Part shown: piece after piece, positions 51,431 through 64,000 of the stretch
Layout: every line of letters begins with the position of its first letter
Position numbering within the stretch: the first letter of the stretch is position 1
Position numbers and translations under genes: made by a program
The notes under the pieces: generated by a model
The model's input: only the letters and a program-made list of their open reading frames with translations
What the model was told of the DNA's origin: nothing
Databases searched by the model: none
Source of the DNA: Vicugna vicugna
Taxonomy: Eukaryota
Length of the DNA: 64,000 bases
Direction: 5' to 3'
Assembly: GCA_013265495.1 (NCBI GenBank)
Contig: MU058423.1
Coordinates: forward strand, 633,061 to 697,060

Positions 51431-52568
51431 CATTGCAACTGGGCCAGAGACAAGGGAAGCTGGAGGTGGAGGAAGCATTTCAAAAGGCGTTAATACGTGA
51501 TTTCCAAAAGTGATACATATTTAACAAAGAAAAGATAGAACCAATAAGTCCTGTGGTGGTGCAGAAGAGGGTGCTTTTGGAAAACTTCCTGGCAAAGATG
51601 GCATTTGAGACGGTCCCTAGAGGGCCAGGAAGGATTTTGACAAGCCAGGAAAGTACAGGAAAGAAATTGGCAGGTGTGGGGGAAACCCCAGAGCTTTTCT
51701 GTATGGCCTGAATGCAGTGTGCACTGTGGAAACCAGGCCAGCAAGATGTCCTGGGGCACCAGCTAAGAAGTGGGGTGCTTTGTTCTTTGATCAGTGGAGA
51801 CCCTCTGAAGACCTATAAATAAAAAAAAGGAAACCAGCATTCATTGTGTGCTTCCTAAGCAGCGGGCACCAAGCTAGGCAATTTCACACTTGATAGTCAT
51901 GACCTTGTATTATATTGAGGAAGAAAATGACCCAGAATCACTTCAAATAGTGTCTGAGAGCGGTAACTCTAGCGTCAGTGTGCAGGATTGATTTGTCAGG
52001 AGGGGCTTGTAGAAAGAAGACCAGTCAGAAGGCAGGAAGTGATGCTGGCCCTACCAGGGACATGGCCATGGAGGTAGTTAACATATGCAGCTGATTATAT
52101 AAACACATTATATGTGTGTGTGTGCATATTTATTCAGATTATCTATTTGATGTCTGTTGACAGCCAAGATGAGTAATTTAGCAACAGTGTAGAAAACGCA
52201 GACAGTATAGAAACTTCTAAAATAAGTGTTTTCCTCTCTTGCCCGTCTTTCCAGTCCCTCTCCCCAGGCTAACCACGGTTCACACTGTCTCATGACTCTG
52301 GAGTGAGAAGGAAGTGATGATGTCACTCAGATGTGGTGACGGTGAAAGGGGGGCCCAGAGTGAAGGGGGGTGAAAGATGTCTCTGAGGTTTCCATCTTGA
52401 GTGACTTGGGGATGGCAGTGCCATTATCTGACCTAGAGAATCGAGGGGCAGAGCTGCTCCCTGAATGTGGGAGTCTGTGAAGGAATGCATTCTGAGTTGT
52501 TCATTCTTCTCTCCCTCCTCCTGTGGCCTCTCAGCCGTAAAACTGTCGTGATCAGAAAAGGGGCCATT

Positions 52569-52712
52569 ATTCAATATCTTGTAGTAACTTACGGTGAAAA
52601 AGAATATGAAAACGAATATATGTATGTTCCTATATGACTGAGGTACTGTGCTGTACACCAGAAATTTATGCAGCATTGTAAACTGACTATACTTCAATAA
52701 AAGTATTTTTAC
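52569..52712 (+). mobile_element. Short camelid L1 3' end
   Basis: gctgtacaccagaaattta...attgtaaactgactatacttcaataaaa. Imperfect TSD aaaaggggccatt / aaaggggaggccatt. Confidence 0.85.
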
Positions 52713-53032
52713 AAAGGGGAGGCCATTCCACTTGCCTCACCATGCCCAGCCCCTACACTCTGTGTCTCTTGACTCAAGGTGGCTTTGAATCTAGAGAAAA
52801 AGACCTCCCAGGAACCCAGGCTGCTCTGGAGGCCACGCCCAATTCTCCTGCTGCCTGCATTTCTGTCCTATGGCAGCAGGAAAGCTGCTGGTGGCCAGGA
52901 GGACACCAAGTAAGTGAGTAACTGTCTTCTTTTACTTCTGTGTAAAGAAGGCCTCTTACAATAAGAGAGTCATAACCTCTGCCTACCCACAAACATCGCC
53001 CGGGCTACTGGCCGTTGCCCCACAAGTATGCA

Positions 53033-53892
53033 CAGTCGATCCTTGAACAACGCGGGTTTGAACTGGGCGGGTCCACTTACACGCTAATTTTTTTCCAACA
53101 AATATAGGAACTATACTTGACGAACATCACGTGCCGGAATTGTATTGAAGTGGATAGCCGATGCTGACATAGACATGAGGTGAGTGACGTTTAATATAAA
53201 TATTAATGTGTTAGTTTTTTCACTGTTTTATAGCTTTGCTTTCAAAAAATTATATTACCATGCAGTATGCTTCTCTCCCTCATAATTGGAGACTGCATAT
53301 CAGCCTATCATCACAAGTAAGTAGTTTTTTTTAAGTAACAATGATTCTAATACTGTATTATGAATATGACTGTAACACTGTATTCCATATAAATTTTTAT
53401 AATGATTGATTCATTAGCATATAGGCTAGTCTACCATGAAGCAACCCTATTGATTACACTAAAGCAATTATATTGCAGCTTCTTTGTTATCAGTGCATGA
53501 ATCATCATACCTGTAAATAAATACCAGTTTCTTTTTGACACTCTTTTCATTCTTGATATCCAATGTTAGTAATTTGAATAACATCTACAGCATCTTGTAT
53601 CATATGAGACAATATTGATGTAAGGACAGACAATTCATCTCTTAAACAGATGACATAAACTTACTGTATTGATAAATACAGTACAATACTATAAATGTAT
53701 TTTACTTTGACATTTTCTTTCTGCTAGCTTATTTTTATTGTAAGAATACAGTACATAATACGTAAAATATGTGTTAATTAACTGTTTATGTTGTCGGTAA
53801 GGCATCCAGTCAACAGTAGGTATGAGTAAAGGTTTTGGAAAGTCAAAAGTTATATGTGGATTTTTGACTGCACGTTGTTCAAGGGTCAGTGT
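53033..53892 (+). mobile_element. Tigger2-derived non-autonomous DNA transposon
   Basis: TIRs cagtcgatccttgaacaacgcggg ... gcacgttgttcaagggtcag; Tigger2-like internal text. Confidence 0.9.
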
Positions 53893-53920
53893 GGTATTTA
53901 TAAAGTCCACACACACACAT

Positions 53921-54406
53921 TACATTAGTCAGAGAAATAGAACACATAGGATGTGTGTGTATTATTTATTTATTTAATATGAGGAATTGGCTCACTCAGG
54001 GATGGAGGCTGAGAAGTTCCAAAATGTGCAGTCAGCAAGCTGGAGACCCAGGACAGCCAATGGTGTGGCTCCAGTTTGAAGGCTGGCCGACTCAAGACCC
54101 AAGGAGAGCCGATGTTTCAGTTTGAGTCTGAAGGCAGGAAGAGGCTAATGTCCCAGCTTAAACGTTCAGGCAAGAAGTTTCCTCTTACTTGAGGGAGGGT
54201 CAGGCTTTCTGTTCCATCCAGGCCTTCAACTCATTGGACGAACCCCGCCCACATTAGGAGGGCACTTTGCTTTATCTTGTCTACCAGTTCAAATGTTAAT
54301 CTCATCCAAAAATACCCTCACCACTGACACACCCTGAATAATGTTTAACTAAATATCTTGGCACCCCATGGCCCAATCAAGTTGATACATAAAATGAACC
54401 AGCACA
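53921..54406 (-). mobile_element. MLT2B-like ERVL solo LTR
   Basis: gaggaattggctcac...ggaggctgagaagttcca...gcaagctggagacccagg...aatgttaatctcatccaaaaataccctcac...aagttgatacataaaatgaaccagcaca. Confidence 0.9.
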
Positions 54407-54412
54407 CCTGTT

Positions 54413-54415
<3 letters not shown>

Positions 54416-54460
<45 letters not shown>

Positions 54461-54480
54461 TACACACACACACACACATA
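54416..54480. repeat. Compound (TA)n(CA)n microsatellite
   Basis: Seen directly in the sequence. Confidence 0.95.
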
Positions 54481-54904
54481 GGCCAATATACATGTTTACG
54501 TATGTATATATATATATTCATATTTTTACTTTCTTTGGCCCATAGCAAATGAAGATACAAACATTTGGTTTTTTTAATCAGTTCAGCCTGAAATTCAAGT
54601 TTGCCTTATGAAAACACTCTTATAAACACTGGTAGACGAGCTTGTGTTCAGCTTCGCTTCAGACTTACACCTTAAAGTTTTCTTGTATCCAGGGATTCAT
54701 TCTCATGGGGGCCCTTAGCACTTTGATTGCTATTCGCTCAATTAAGTGTTCTTTTTAAATTCCTGGTAGCAGTGGGATTCTCCAGGAAACTGGAGCAGTG
54801 AGGAGGCCCAAGGGGGACCGTCTCTGTCCAGCAGTGGAGGCTGCTCCACCTTGCTGCTGTGATCCCCCTGCCCAGGGATTGGGGATATAAGCAGCATCAG
54901 TCAC

Positions 54905-56090
54905 TCAGTGTGTATTTATTGAGCACCTACTATGTACCCGACATATTCGAGGCACCAGGGGTGCATAGGGAACAAAACAACGTCTCAGCCCTGGTGAAGC
55001 TTGCATTCTAGTTGGGGGTGGGGTGGGGAGGTAAACAATAGCCACAGAGAGAAATAAATATGAAATGTTTCTGGTGGTGATAGACATAGGAAAAAAATGG
55101 AGTATAAGGGAGATAGAGAGTAATGGCAGAGTGAGAGAAAGCTGATGCTCACAGAGTAATCACTCTGATCTTTCTCTCATAAAGAGAGAACTGAAGAAAA
55201 TGAGCAAGAAAGCCATGAGCTCATGGAGGATAAGAGCTTATTAGGCAGCAGGAACAGCAAGTGCAAAGGCCCTGAGGCAGAGGAATGCTGGGCATGTTTA
55301 AGGAGCATCAAGGAGGTCTCTGTGGCCGGAATGAAGTGAGAGAGAGTAGTAGAAGTGAGGTCAGAGAGGTGGTGGAGGATCAGATCCATAGAGCCTTGTG
55401 AGTCTTGGTTAGAACTTAGGCTTCTACGTTGAGTGGGATGGGGAGCCTCTGGAGTTTCCAGCATAGCCTGGACATGACACAACCTGTGTTTTTAAAGGGT
55501 TACTGTTTGAGGGTACACTAAAGGGTGGCAAGAGTTAAAGCAGGAAGACCAGAGAGGAGGCTGTTGCAATGATCCAGATGAGAGATGATGGAGGCTGGGG
55601 ACATGGGGTTGTAGTGAAGGGGATGAGAAGTCAGTGAAGTTTTGGGAACCAGCTTGCTGGAAAAAATAAAAATAAAAACTGTGATTTTTAACATTTGCCC
55701 ATTTCTATGGTGTAAATATTTCCACCATGGCTGACTTCACCTTACTTATGACTTAACAACCAGCTCAAAAATTTCATGAATATTTAGCAATCAGTTCCCA
55801 AAACACCCCTGTAGGAAGTGTTTGGGTATTTTGAGGGTAGACATAACAGGATGGCTGATGGATTCATTGAGGGTTGTGAAAAAGAAGGGAGGCACCCAGA
55901 ATGGCTCCAGGATTTTTGACCTGAACGACCAGAAGGGTAGAGTTGTTCTTTATTGAGATGGAGAGGAATATAGGATGATCCGGTTAAAGTAGGAGTATCA
56001 GGAGCTCTGTCCTGGATATGGTGTGGTTAGCTGCCATTTGGCTTCCAAATAGAGATGTGTAGCAGGCAGAGATTAGAGGAGAAGTCTGGG
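54905..56090 (-). mobile_element. L2a-like LINE, interrupted by a MER63-like fragment (~55640-55810)
   Basis: tatttattgagcacctactatgt...gtgcaaaggccctgaggcag...gaggaggctgttgcaatgatccagatgagagatgatgg. The insert ggtgtaaatatttccaccatggctgacttca is the MER63 reverse complement. Confidence 0.85.
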
Positions 56091-56599
56091 CAGCGTATGA
56101 AGGGAAATATACTCTCTTTTTTGAAAGGGCTCCCTGTGCCTCGTTTCTGCACAGTGGATTCTTGTCCACAGCGTATGCCTGCACCAGGGAACCATTGGGA
56201 GCTTCAGCTTAGAGCTTCCAGCTGTGGCTGGGGGTTCTGTCAATGGACCACCCGGGAGAAGACAGCAAAAGCAGCAGATGCCTTGGTTCAGGGAGTGCCC
56301 AGCACGGGGCGAGGTACTATGTAAATGAGACCCAGGCCCTGCCCTCAAGAAGCGTAGTAGCGTATATTCGGGGAGATAAATAAGTGTGGGATACAAGACA
56401 TTGTAGAAAAGGTATAGGTTTGCTGAACCAACTCAATTTTTCACTCTATTTGAGGGTGAGGAGAGAAGGAGACTATGTAGTCATCACCTGGACTCAAACT
56501 GAGTCCCCAGCCCGGGAAGCATCTTCCTGGGGAGGTGAGGAAAGATACCCCAGGCTGTGGGTCTATAGGAGCAAAGAAAATGCGTGCTCAGGGATAATG

Positions 56600-56820
56600 G
56601 TCATAATCATAACAACAACATTTACTGAGCATTAAAAATGTCCCAGGCATGGGTATGTCTAAGTATGTTACACGTATTAAACCATTTAATCCTCAGAATC
56701 ACTTTAAGAGGTAGATACCATTATAATCCCATTTTACAGATGAGAAAATCAAAGTATATGGTTTCGACAGCAAGTAAGTAAAAGAGAGAGAATTCTAATC
56801 CAGGTAGGCTGACCCCCCAG
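56600..56820 (-). mobile_element. MIR SINE
   Basis: catttaatcctcag...attataatcccattttacagatgagaaaatc. Confidence 0.85.
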
Positions 56821-57732
56821 CCCTCGCTCTTGGCAAGTAGGTAAAACAGAAAATGGAGGTGTCCTGGATGGAGCCCCAAGTTTGGCTGTGCTCAGGCAGG
56901 TGGGGCTGGGGAGCAGAGGATGCTGCCAACCCCCCTCCCCAGGGATTCCCCTCAAGGAGTTTCATCTTCTTAGATCCATTCTGTGACTTTGAGCTCTGAA
57001 TCATCATTTTTTAAAGACCGCCCATTTTTTAAAAGAAGGCATGAATTTGCTCAGTTTTACTCTTCGTTTTTGGATAACATACAGAAGCCACTTAGAGCTT
57101 AATATTAACAGTGTACATCAATGTCGGCCCTGCTCTAAGTGGTGCAAGTCACAGTTCAGCTGTCTGCAAACTCTAAATGTTAGATGAGCTTGATTCTTCC
57201 CAGCAGTGGAAGCCGGACAAATCAATGAGAAGCCCTTTCTTCTTCAGCTTAGAGGGTGAGTCTCAGGACCATCTAGTGGTAAGGATATCAAAGAACTTCT
57301 CCCCACTCCTGTCACCCTGCGTAGCCACAAACATTAGCCCTGCAGCCTGGCAAAACCTGTCACGTGTCTCAGCTTATCCACCTCCCAAGGCACCGACGTT
57401 CCCTAGAACTGTCCATCCTTAAAAGGATGTAGGGGTGGTTTTGAGGACCTTAAGGTCACCTGACATCTCTAGCCAAGTTGCCACTTCCTCCTGCCCACGC
57501 CACCAATGCTGATGGTTGTACTCCTCTTCTGTGTCGCCCTCCTTTCCTGCTCTTTCTCCGTTGCTCTTTCTCTCTCGTTTTCCAGTGCCTCCTGCCTCTG
57601 GTCCACCCCCCTTATCTTTCCAGCTCTTCCTCTTGGTTACACACGTCCCACTCTGCTCCCACTTTGCCCTGTTTCCGGCACTGCTCTCCCTGGCCTGGAA
57701 CCATTTCTGATCTCTTCTGCTATTGATCGTTT

Positions 57733-57960
57733 TCTTTTTTTAATTGAGGTATAATTTACATACGGTAAAGCACACACATGTTCAAGGACAGCTCGGTGCA
57801 TTATGGTATATGTATACACCTCTATCACCACCACCAGATCAAGATGCAGAGTATCGCCAACACCACAGTGGACTCCCCAGGGCCTCTTCCCTCACTGAAT
57901 GGGTGACCACTGTTAAGATTTCTATGACCTTTCTTGAATTTCCTTTAAATGGAATCAGAC
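57733..57960 (-). mobile_element. L1MB8/L1ME-type 3' end
   Basis: ttttaattgaggtataatttacatacggtaaagcacacacatg...accaccaccagatcaagatgcagag. Confidence 0.75.
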
Positions 57961-58598
57961 AGGATGTCATTTCTAGCTCCTTAGCCAAGGTGCTGCTGAA
58001 AGGAAGAATTGGATAGGAGAGAGGCCTGGTGGGGATCTGACTCTTCTTGGAGGCCTTCAAGAAGGACTTGTGGCTAGAATTGCCCTGGCTCCCTGTGGCC
58101 TGGCTCATGGGGAGCCAGGAAGAGTGAGCTGGGTTCCTGAGCCCCTAGACGCCCATCCCTGGTCCTCTGTGGGCTGAGTCAGCTCTCGGGGAGGTTCTGT
58201 TACATTCTTGACAAAGCTGCAGAGATCCCTGCCCGTCCTAGATAGCCTCAGCTTCCCCTCTGCACCCCCATAGAATGTTAGGTAGGTAAAAGATCTCCCT
58301 GTCTATTTTTTAAAATGAGAAATTCAGGCCCACAGAGGGGCTCAGCTGGGACTAGAACTCAAGTCTGCTGAGCATCCTGTGCTCCTTCCGCTGCCTTTTA
58401 CCTCCATGGCTTCATCACCTAGATTTTAAGGCAGCTCTGCCTAAGCCCTTCCTCCCCTGGCACTTTCTGCTGATCTCAGAGTGTATTTCCCACTATGGCC
58501 AGCTTCGCTGCTATAGGTATTTAGGTGCGTAGCTCGACCTATTCTGAGGTAGGGCACAGGAATGATAGACACCCCTAACCAAAATTTTACTTTGCCTT

Positions 58599-59374
58599 TG
58601 TAGGAGGGCAAAATTTACCATCCTCAAATGTGTCTCTTGGGCACGCAAATTATTTTGAGCTGAGGACAATCAAGGAGGAACCTTTGATCTTCTCCCTAAC
58701 TGCCTCAAAGTATTTAGAGGACCATTCCAGGAAGGGAGCTAACACCGTAGATAACTACACAGTTGACCCTTGAATAACAAAGGATTGAACTGTGTGGGCT
58801 CATTTACATGCAGAATTTTTTCAGTAGTAAATGCTACAATATAGCATCACCCGCAGCTGATTGAATTCGAGGATGCAGAACGGTGGACACGGAGGAGACA
58901 CAGATAGGGAGGGCTGACTGTAAGCCATATAAGGACTTTGCACTATGCGGAGCATTGGCACCCCGACCCCCTGCATTGTTCAAGGGTCTGCAGTAGTACA
59001 AACGAAGTGTGTGGACAGGGGGAAACCCAGCAATGTCTGTTAGAATTCCTCTCTGGGTCTCATTGTCTCTGCAGGGCCCCAGCACACATTTATTTACCAG
59101 ACATCTACTTTTCCATCTCCATGTAAATTGCCTCCCCCTTTGAGGTCCCAAGCCCCTATCCCCCACCTCCTCGTTTGGCTTTAGCTGAAGATGGTATTTA
59201 AGGTGCTGATATCTGCAATTTGGGGTGTTCCTCAGTTTTCCTGGGTCTCTCTCATGTATACATGTTACTAAACTTTTGTTTGGTTTTCACCTGTTAGTCT
59301 GTCTCATGTCAACTTAATTCTTAAACCAGCCAGAAGAACCTATAAGGGTGCAGAAAAATTTCTTCCTCCCAACA
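58599..59374 (+). mobile_element. ERV1 solo LTR (MER34-like) with nested MER8
   Basis: Termini tgtaggagggcaaaattt ... aaaaatttcttcctcccaaca (inverted ends). 4-bp TSD-like cctt/ccat. TATA-like tatttaa at 59195. Confidence 0.8.
58760..58993 (+). mobile_element. MER8 (Tigger2-family MITE)
   Basis: cagttgacccttgaataac...ttttttcagtagtaaat...gcattgttcaagggtctgcag followed by TA. Confidence 0.85.
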
Positions 59375-61030
59375 CCATCCGATCACTGAAACCTGAAATT
59401 CTTTTCATGAGCACTATGCCCTTCGTCCCACCCGGAGAGAGCAGGCTCAGATGCAAACATCCCTGTCAGGGGAAACACCTTCACTTCACATCATTTGTTA
59501 ATGATGGCCTTTCATTCATTTCTTTCCCCAACAGAAAACCTGTAAGACTTACCAGTCACTGACACCAGATTTTGGAATGAGCTGAAGACCACAGGAGGGA
59601 CAAGCCAGATGGCCCTGGGAACTGAGGAAGGAGAGGTGAGATCACGAGAGGGGAGGGGAAGGGGGCACAGCGAGCATCCACAGAGAGCGCCTCCCAGCTC
59701 CCAGAGTGGGCCCTTTCCCGCAGCCTCCCTCAGACCCGGGTGGGCAGTGTTACTGACCTAGAGACCTGTAGACCCGCGATGCACGATGAGGGCTGGGGTC
59801 AGGATCTGGGAACAGGCACCCAGCCCAGAGCTGCCCTCCACTCAGTACTCCCTCCTCCCCTCTGTTGTCTGAGATCCTCTGGTCTGATGGGGAACATGGT
59901 CTCACCACCAAGGAGGATCCATCTGGCAGCGAGAACTCGCACCCAAGAGTGAGCAGCCATGGGCCGCGTAGAAATTAGGTGCGTTACGTACGTGCAGGCG
60001 CACACGGCAGGAACCAGCAGAGCCCCCACGTGCTGAGGCTAATTAGCTCACATGTGCCCAAGCGTGTGCTGGCGCCACGGGACAGGAAAGCCTGAAAGAG
60101 GTTTTATGCTGCCCTAGTTGGTATTTGAGTCAGGTGCTGTGCTGACAAGCCCGAGGCGAATCCAGCTATCTGCCCCCGGCAGACAGAGCCGCCCAGGAAA
60201 AGCCCCATCGTGGTCCCTGCACGGCAGCTGAGATGAGATCAGGTGTGGCTCACTCCCCCATCTCCCTAGTGGCCTCCCTGTGCCTATCCCACCCTACTTT
60301 CACCATCTGGCCCTTCCTGCTCAGCAGAATCATTGGCAGAAGCGTGTCTGCTCCGTCACGCCCACTCTGGCAGCCCCTGACTCATGCAGGCCCCTGCTGG
60401 GTCACGGCTTGGCCCTCTCTGGCTCCTGGGACATACTCAGTGGGCCTAGAAGGTGAAACAGCCCCCAGTACGTTTCATTACCCCAGATCCCATGGTGGGG
60501 AAGTGGTGGGCCTGGGACTCAAATCTCCATTTCTGATTCTAAGTCCTGGGATATTTCCGGGGATAAAGAAACTGGGCCCTGATGGGCAGCCAGGAGTGGG
60601 GGAGGCACTCTAATCTAGGGCTTAGGGGGCCCCACGAACACCAGGACCCGTCTCCTGTGAGCCTCGAGATCGCATACCAGGTTCTGGGTACTGTTTTATC
60701 TTTGGCTCCTTTTGGCCTCGCTGCATGGGGCATCCGAGCTGATTTCGAGAGGCTTGTGTGGGAAGGGGGCTGGGGGCCTGGGTGGCGGAAGGGAGCTGTG
60801 AGAGAGGGCTATGAAGATGGATGAACGTGAGCAAGCGAGTGATGAGGTAGCTGCTGGAGGGAGAGGAAGTCTGGGGAGCAAGCAGAGGGGTGGTAAAAGG
60901 GGATGTTTGGGAAGTTTTTGCCTATGATGTAAAATGTAAACCCCTCTGTCCACAGAGGAGCAGGGTGGACAGAGGAGGTCGGTCCAGGGCCATAGATATT
61001 TCTCATTTGAGGCTGGCAGCCTAGTCTGTC

Positions 61031-61068
61031 CCCTGTCGTTGCCCTGCCCCCTGTCATTGCCCTGCCCC
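61031..61068. repeat. 18-bp near-perfect tandem duplication
   Basis: ccctgtcgttgccctgcc / ccctgtcattgccctgcc. Confidence 0.8.
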
Positions 61069-61874
61069 GTGCTCAGCATCTCCTCTTCTCTTTTCCAGGG
61101 CTCAAGAAATCACCTGCCTGTGATCTCTCCCCTTGGGACAGCATCTGACACATTCCTCTGGTGGTTTCAAGGTGAGATGAGGCCTGGGAAGAAACCAGAA
61201 AGATGTTCCAGTGCCCTTACAAGTACAGATTTAAAAGGAGAGGCAGGGCATGCCACAGATATGAGAAGGGAGGAAGATGGCTGAATGCTCCTGGACTTGG
61301 CTTTGCTGATTTCTCATCAGCTTTGGAGGTGGGGAGGAAGAAAAGAGGATTTTCTCCATCCTCCTTTTTCCAATAAGCCCTGGAACCACTCCGAGTTTGA
61401 GTATAATCCTTATTGACTCCATCTGCCAGCAGTGGGGGGAGAGAGAAGTCCGTGGAGCCAGGACCTTGGCTTTCCATCCTCTCAGAGCCCCTGGCCTGCA
61501 TCCCCTCTCCCTGCTGCTCTCCTCCGAAACCATGGACTCCAACTGCCTGAGTTGGAGAAAGGAGTGGGACTCAGGCTCCAGGGCCAGGCAGTGGGTTGGA
61601 GGGACGCCCAGGTCCTGTTTGTCTTCTCTCCACCTTGGCCGGAGGCCAGAGAGGAGGCTGGTGGGGATGCGGGCACTTGAAAGAAGGCCCTGGAGCCAAG
61701 AGCGTCAAACAATTGCTGAAAAAGGAAACCACAGTTTTATTTATCCCCCAAATTAGGGGGTTTCTTTGTACATTTACATCTATTCTTGGCTTCAGAAAAA
61801 TTTTAAAAAGTATTAGACGAAATGCAGAAGTGAATTAAGGCTCGGTAGAAACCGAGGGGACCTCTAACAGTGCA

Positions 61875-62180
61875 TGCAGAGAGCTGCCTTGCCTGGGGTC
61901 GTGCTCTTCTGAGAGTGGTCCCAGCCAAAGGCTGATGGAGTTGGGGCCGAAGAGCCCCGCCTTTCCAGCCCAGCTGCAGGATGTCTTACCTCCACCGCTG
62001 CCTGAGGGGTCAGCCGAGGCCATCGTCAGTGTGGAGGGAAGGTCGACCGCTCCCTCTGCCTCCTCCTTCTTGCTGCCCCTCCCTTCCACTGCTGTTGATC
62101 CCAAGGGCCCTCTTCATGACACATCCCATAAGCTGAACTCCATCTCAGAGTTTCCTTCAAAGGGAGCCTAACCAGCCACA
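61875..62180 (+). mobile_element. LTR16A-like ERVL solo LTR (5'-truncated)
   Basis: tgcagagagctgccttgcc...ggggtcagccgaggcc...cccctcccttccactgctgttgatcccaagggc...actccatctcagag. Confidence 0.85.
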
Positions 62181-63464
62181 TAAGATCATTGGGATTTGTA
62201 ATAAGTACAAGAAAGGAAATAAATAAGGCTGGTGACAGGAGCAACTGCAGGGGGAGCGGAGTGGGGCTGGGGGTCTCCTGGAGGTATGGTGGCTGGGGCA
62301 TGTGGGCTGACACCAGAGAAGGAATCGTTCTCTTGAAGAGCTGGAGCCAAAGCTTTCCAGGCAGAGGAGACAAAGGCTCCGGGTTATCACCGGGCCTGGT
62401 ACGCACGCTATGTGAGAATGGAGTTGGAAGAAGCTCTCCAGCAGAGGGACTCTGTGGGTAGAGGCTTGAAGGTGAACTGATTATTTCTGGGCATAAAATA
62501 GAGGGAACAACCTAGTCCAGGAGACAACATAGACAGACATGTGGAGGCGAGAAAAGAACCCACTGTGGCTGGAAGGTGAGATTCGCCAGCAGGACTGCAG
62601 GAAAGGAGGATTGGAAAGACAGGTTGGAGCCAGAGTTCATGATCACTCCCTCTGTTGTGTGGAGGGTGTGTGTGTGTGTGTGAAGGGAATGTGTTCTGAG
62701 ACAAAAACAGAGAGCTGTGTTGAGGTGAGCTTGAGCGAGGGGAGACTGGAGTCCAGGAGACCAGTTGGAGGGCCCAACAGGAGTTTAGGTAAAATCTGGT
62801 GACAGCTAGAATATGACAACGGCATGGAGCGTGGGAAAGGAAACCAATCTGAAAAATAATCTGCAGATCTCAGATAGAAGGTGGCTGACTGGGGCTGCGG
62901 GGAGAAGGAGAAAAGAGGCATTGGGTTTCCTGGTTTGGATGCCGGGTGGTCCGAGGGTACCCAGGCCAGAGGCACAGGAAGGGAAGCAGCTTTGCTGGGT
63001 AGATGGGGAGAGGAGAGGAGGGATGGGTAGAGGAGGACCCTGAGCAGAAGGGAGGGCCAGAGATAAGACCCAGTGCTTCTTCATCTTGGTGATAAAGTGA
63101 GGCCGTGAAGGGAGGTGAGGCCCCCCGGGAGAGGCACCCACAAGTTGAGCAGAGAGAAGACCCTGCAGACCTAGGGCAGGAAGCCGAGGAGCCAGCCAAG
63201 AAAGTCTGATCCACTGTGGCCAGCAGTTCCTGGGGGGAAGCCAAGAGAAAGAGGCAGGGAGAGTCAAACGCAGCTGCCGCAGAGGGACAGGTAGCATCGA
63301 AGAGGGAAAAATATCAGCAAATAAGAGGTCAGCCGTGACCTCAGTGGCTGCAGCGACAAAACAATAGGCTGGGGTGGGGGAGGTAGAGCCAGACTGCTAG
63401 TGATGGAGGGTGGAATGGAAGATGAAAAGTAGACATAATAAAATAAATTAGTCTTCTGATTAAT

Positions 63465-63695
63465 GATTGATTGAGCAGCTACAAAATGCCAGAGAATATG
63501 TTAGGCACCTTTTATCCACATAAATTAACCCATCCTCACAAGAAGCCTGCAAAGTGAGTAAGATTTTCATCATCACTGTTTGTCCAGCTTGAGGAGACCA
63601 GCTCAGAGAGGTTAAGAAACTTGTTCAGTGCCACTCAGCACTAATACATGGCTAGAGCTCATTTCCTGTCTCCCAGTCTTGTGCTCTCGCCACTG
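63465..63695 (-). mobile_element. MIR SINE
   Basis: ttgagcagctac...catcctcacaagaagcctgc...gaggagaccagctcagagaggttaagaaacttg. Confidence 0.75.
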
Positions 63696-64000
63696 TCCCT
63701 GGCTGTTTTTCCTTTTAAAGCAAAAGGAAATGAAGGAGATGGATGAGTTGGTGGCTTGGGGGGAAAGTGGGGTCAAAGCACAGTGTTTTGATTTTTAGGA
63801 CTGAAGGGATTTAACTTGTGAATGGGCTTTTGGGAAAGAGCCTGAGGTGTGATGATAAAGAAGCAGGGAACTATTATTACTATTATTGTTATTATTACTG
63901 AAGCAGGAGGGAGTGGAATCAACTGGGTAGACATGAGCTTGGAAAAGAGTCAGGCCCAGCCTTCCCTGAGCTGGAGGGCAAGGGGAATGTGTGTGACAGA

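Noticed and set aside
1..64000. CRISPR array, operon or other prokaryotic/novel multi-gene system
   Set aside because: No repeat-spacer array, no long ORFs and no gene-dense architecture; the sequence is repeat-rich mammalian non-coding DNA.

Overview
Mammalian nuclear genomic DNA, most likely camelid (camel/llama/alpaca), judged from vic-1-like tRNA-derived SINEs and camelid/cetartiodactyl-type L1 3' ends, with no Alu, Bov-A/B or PRE-1 seen. I cannot support any protein-coding exon, RNA gene or CRISPR-type system. The ORF track is explained by chance ORFs and retroelement remnants. The window looks intergenic or deep-intronic and is dense in transposon fossils: a near-complete ancient ERVL provirus on the minus strand (1181-7447: two LTRs, PBS, PPT, decayed gag/pol/dUTPase, nested MER63A), solo LTRs (LTR16A-like, LTR40/41-like, MLT2B, MER34-like with nested MER8), many L1 fragments with target-site duplications (TSDs), L2, MIR and DNA transposons (MER20, MER58A, MER102, Tigger2). 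Between these lie about ten repeat-free blocks rich in homeodomain/SOX-type motifs that resemble conserved non-coding enhancers, plus weak evidence for an LTR-associated spliced non-coding transcript near 59-61 kb. Family names come from recalled consensus sequences, not database searches, and boundaries of old repeats are approximate. I found no convincing novel biological system.
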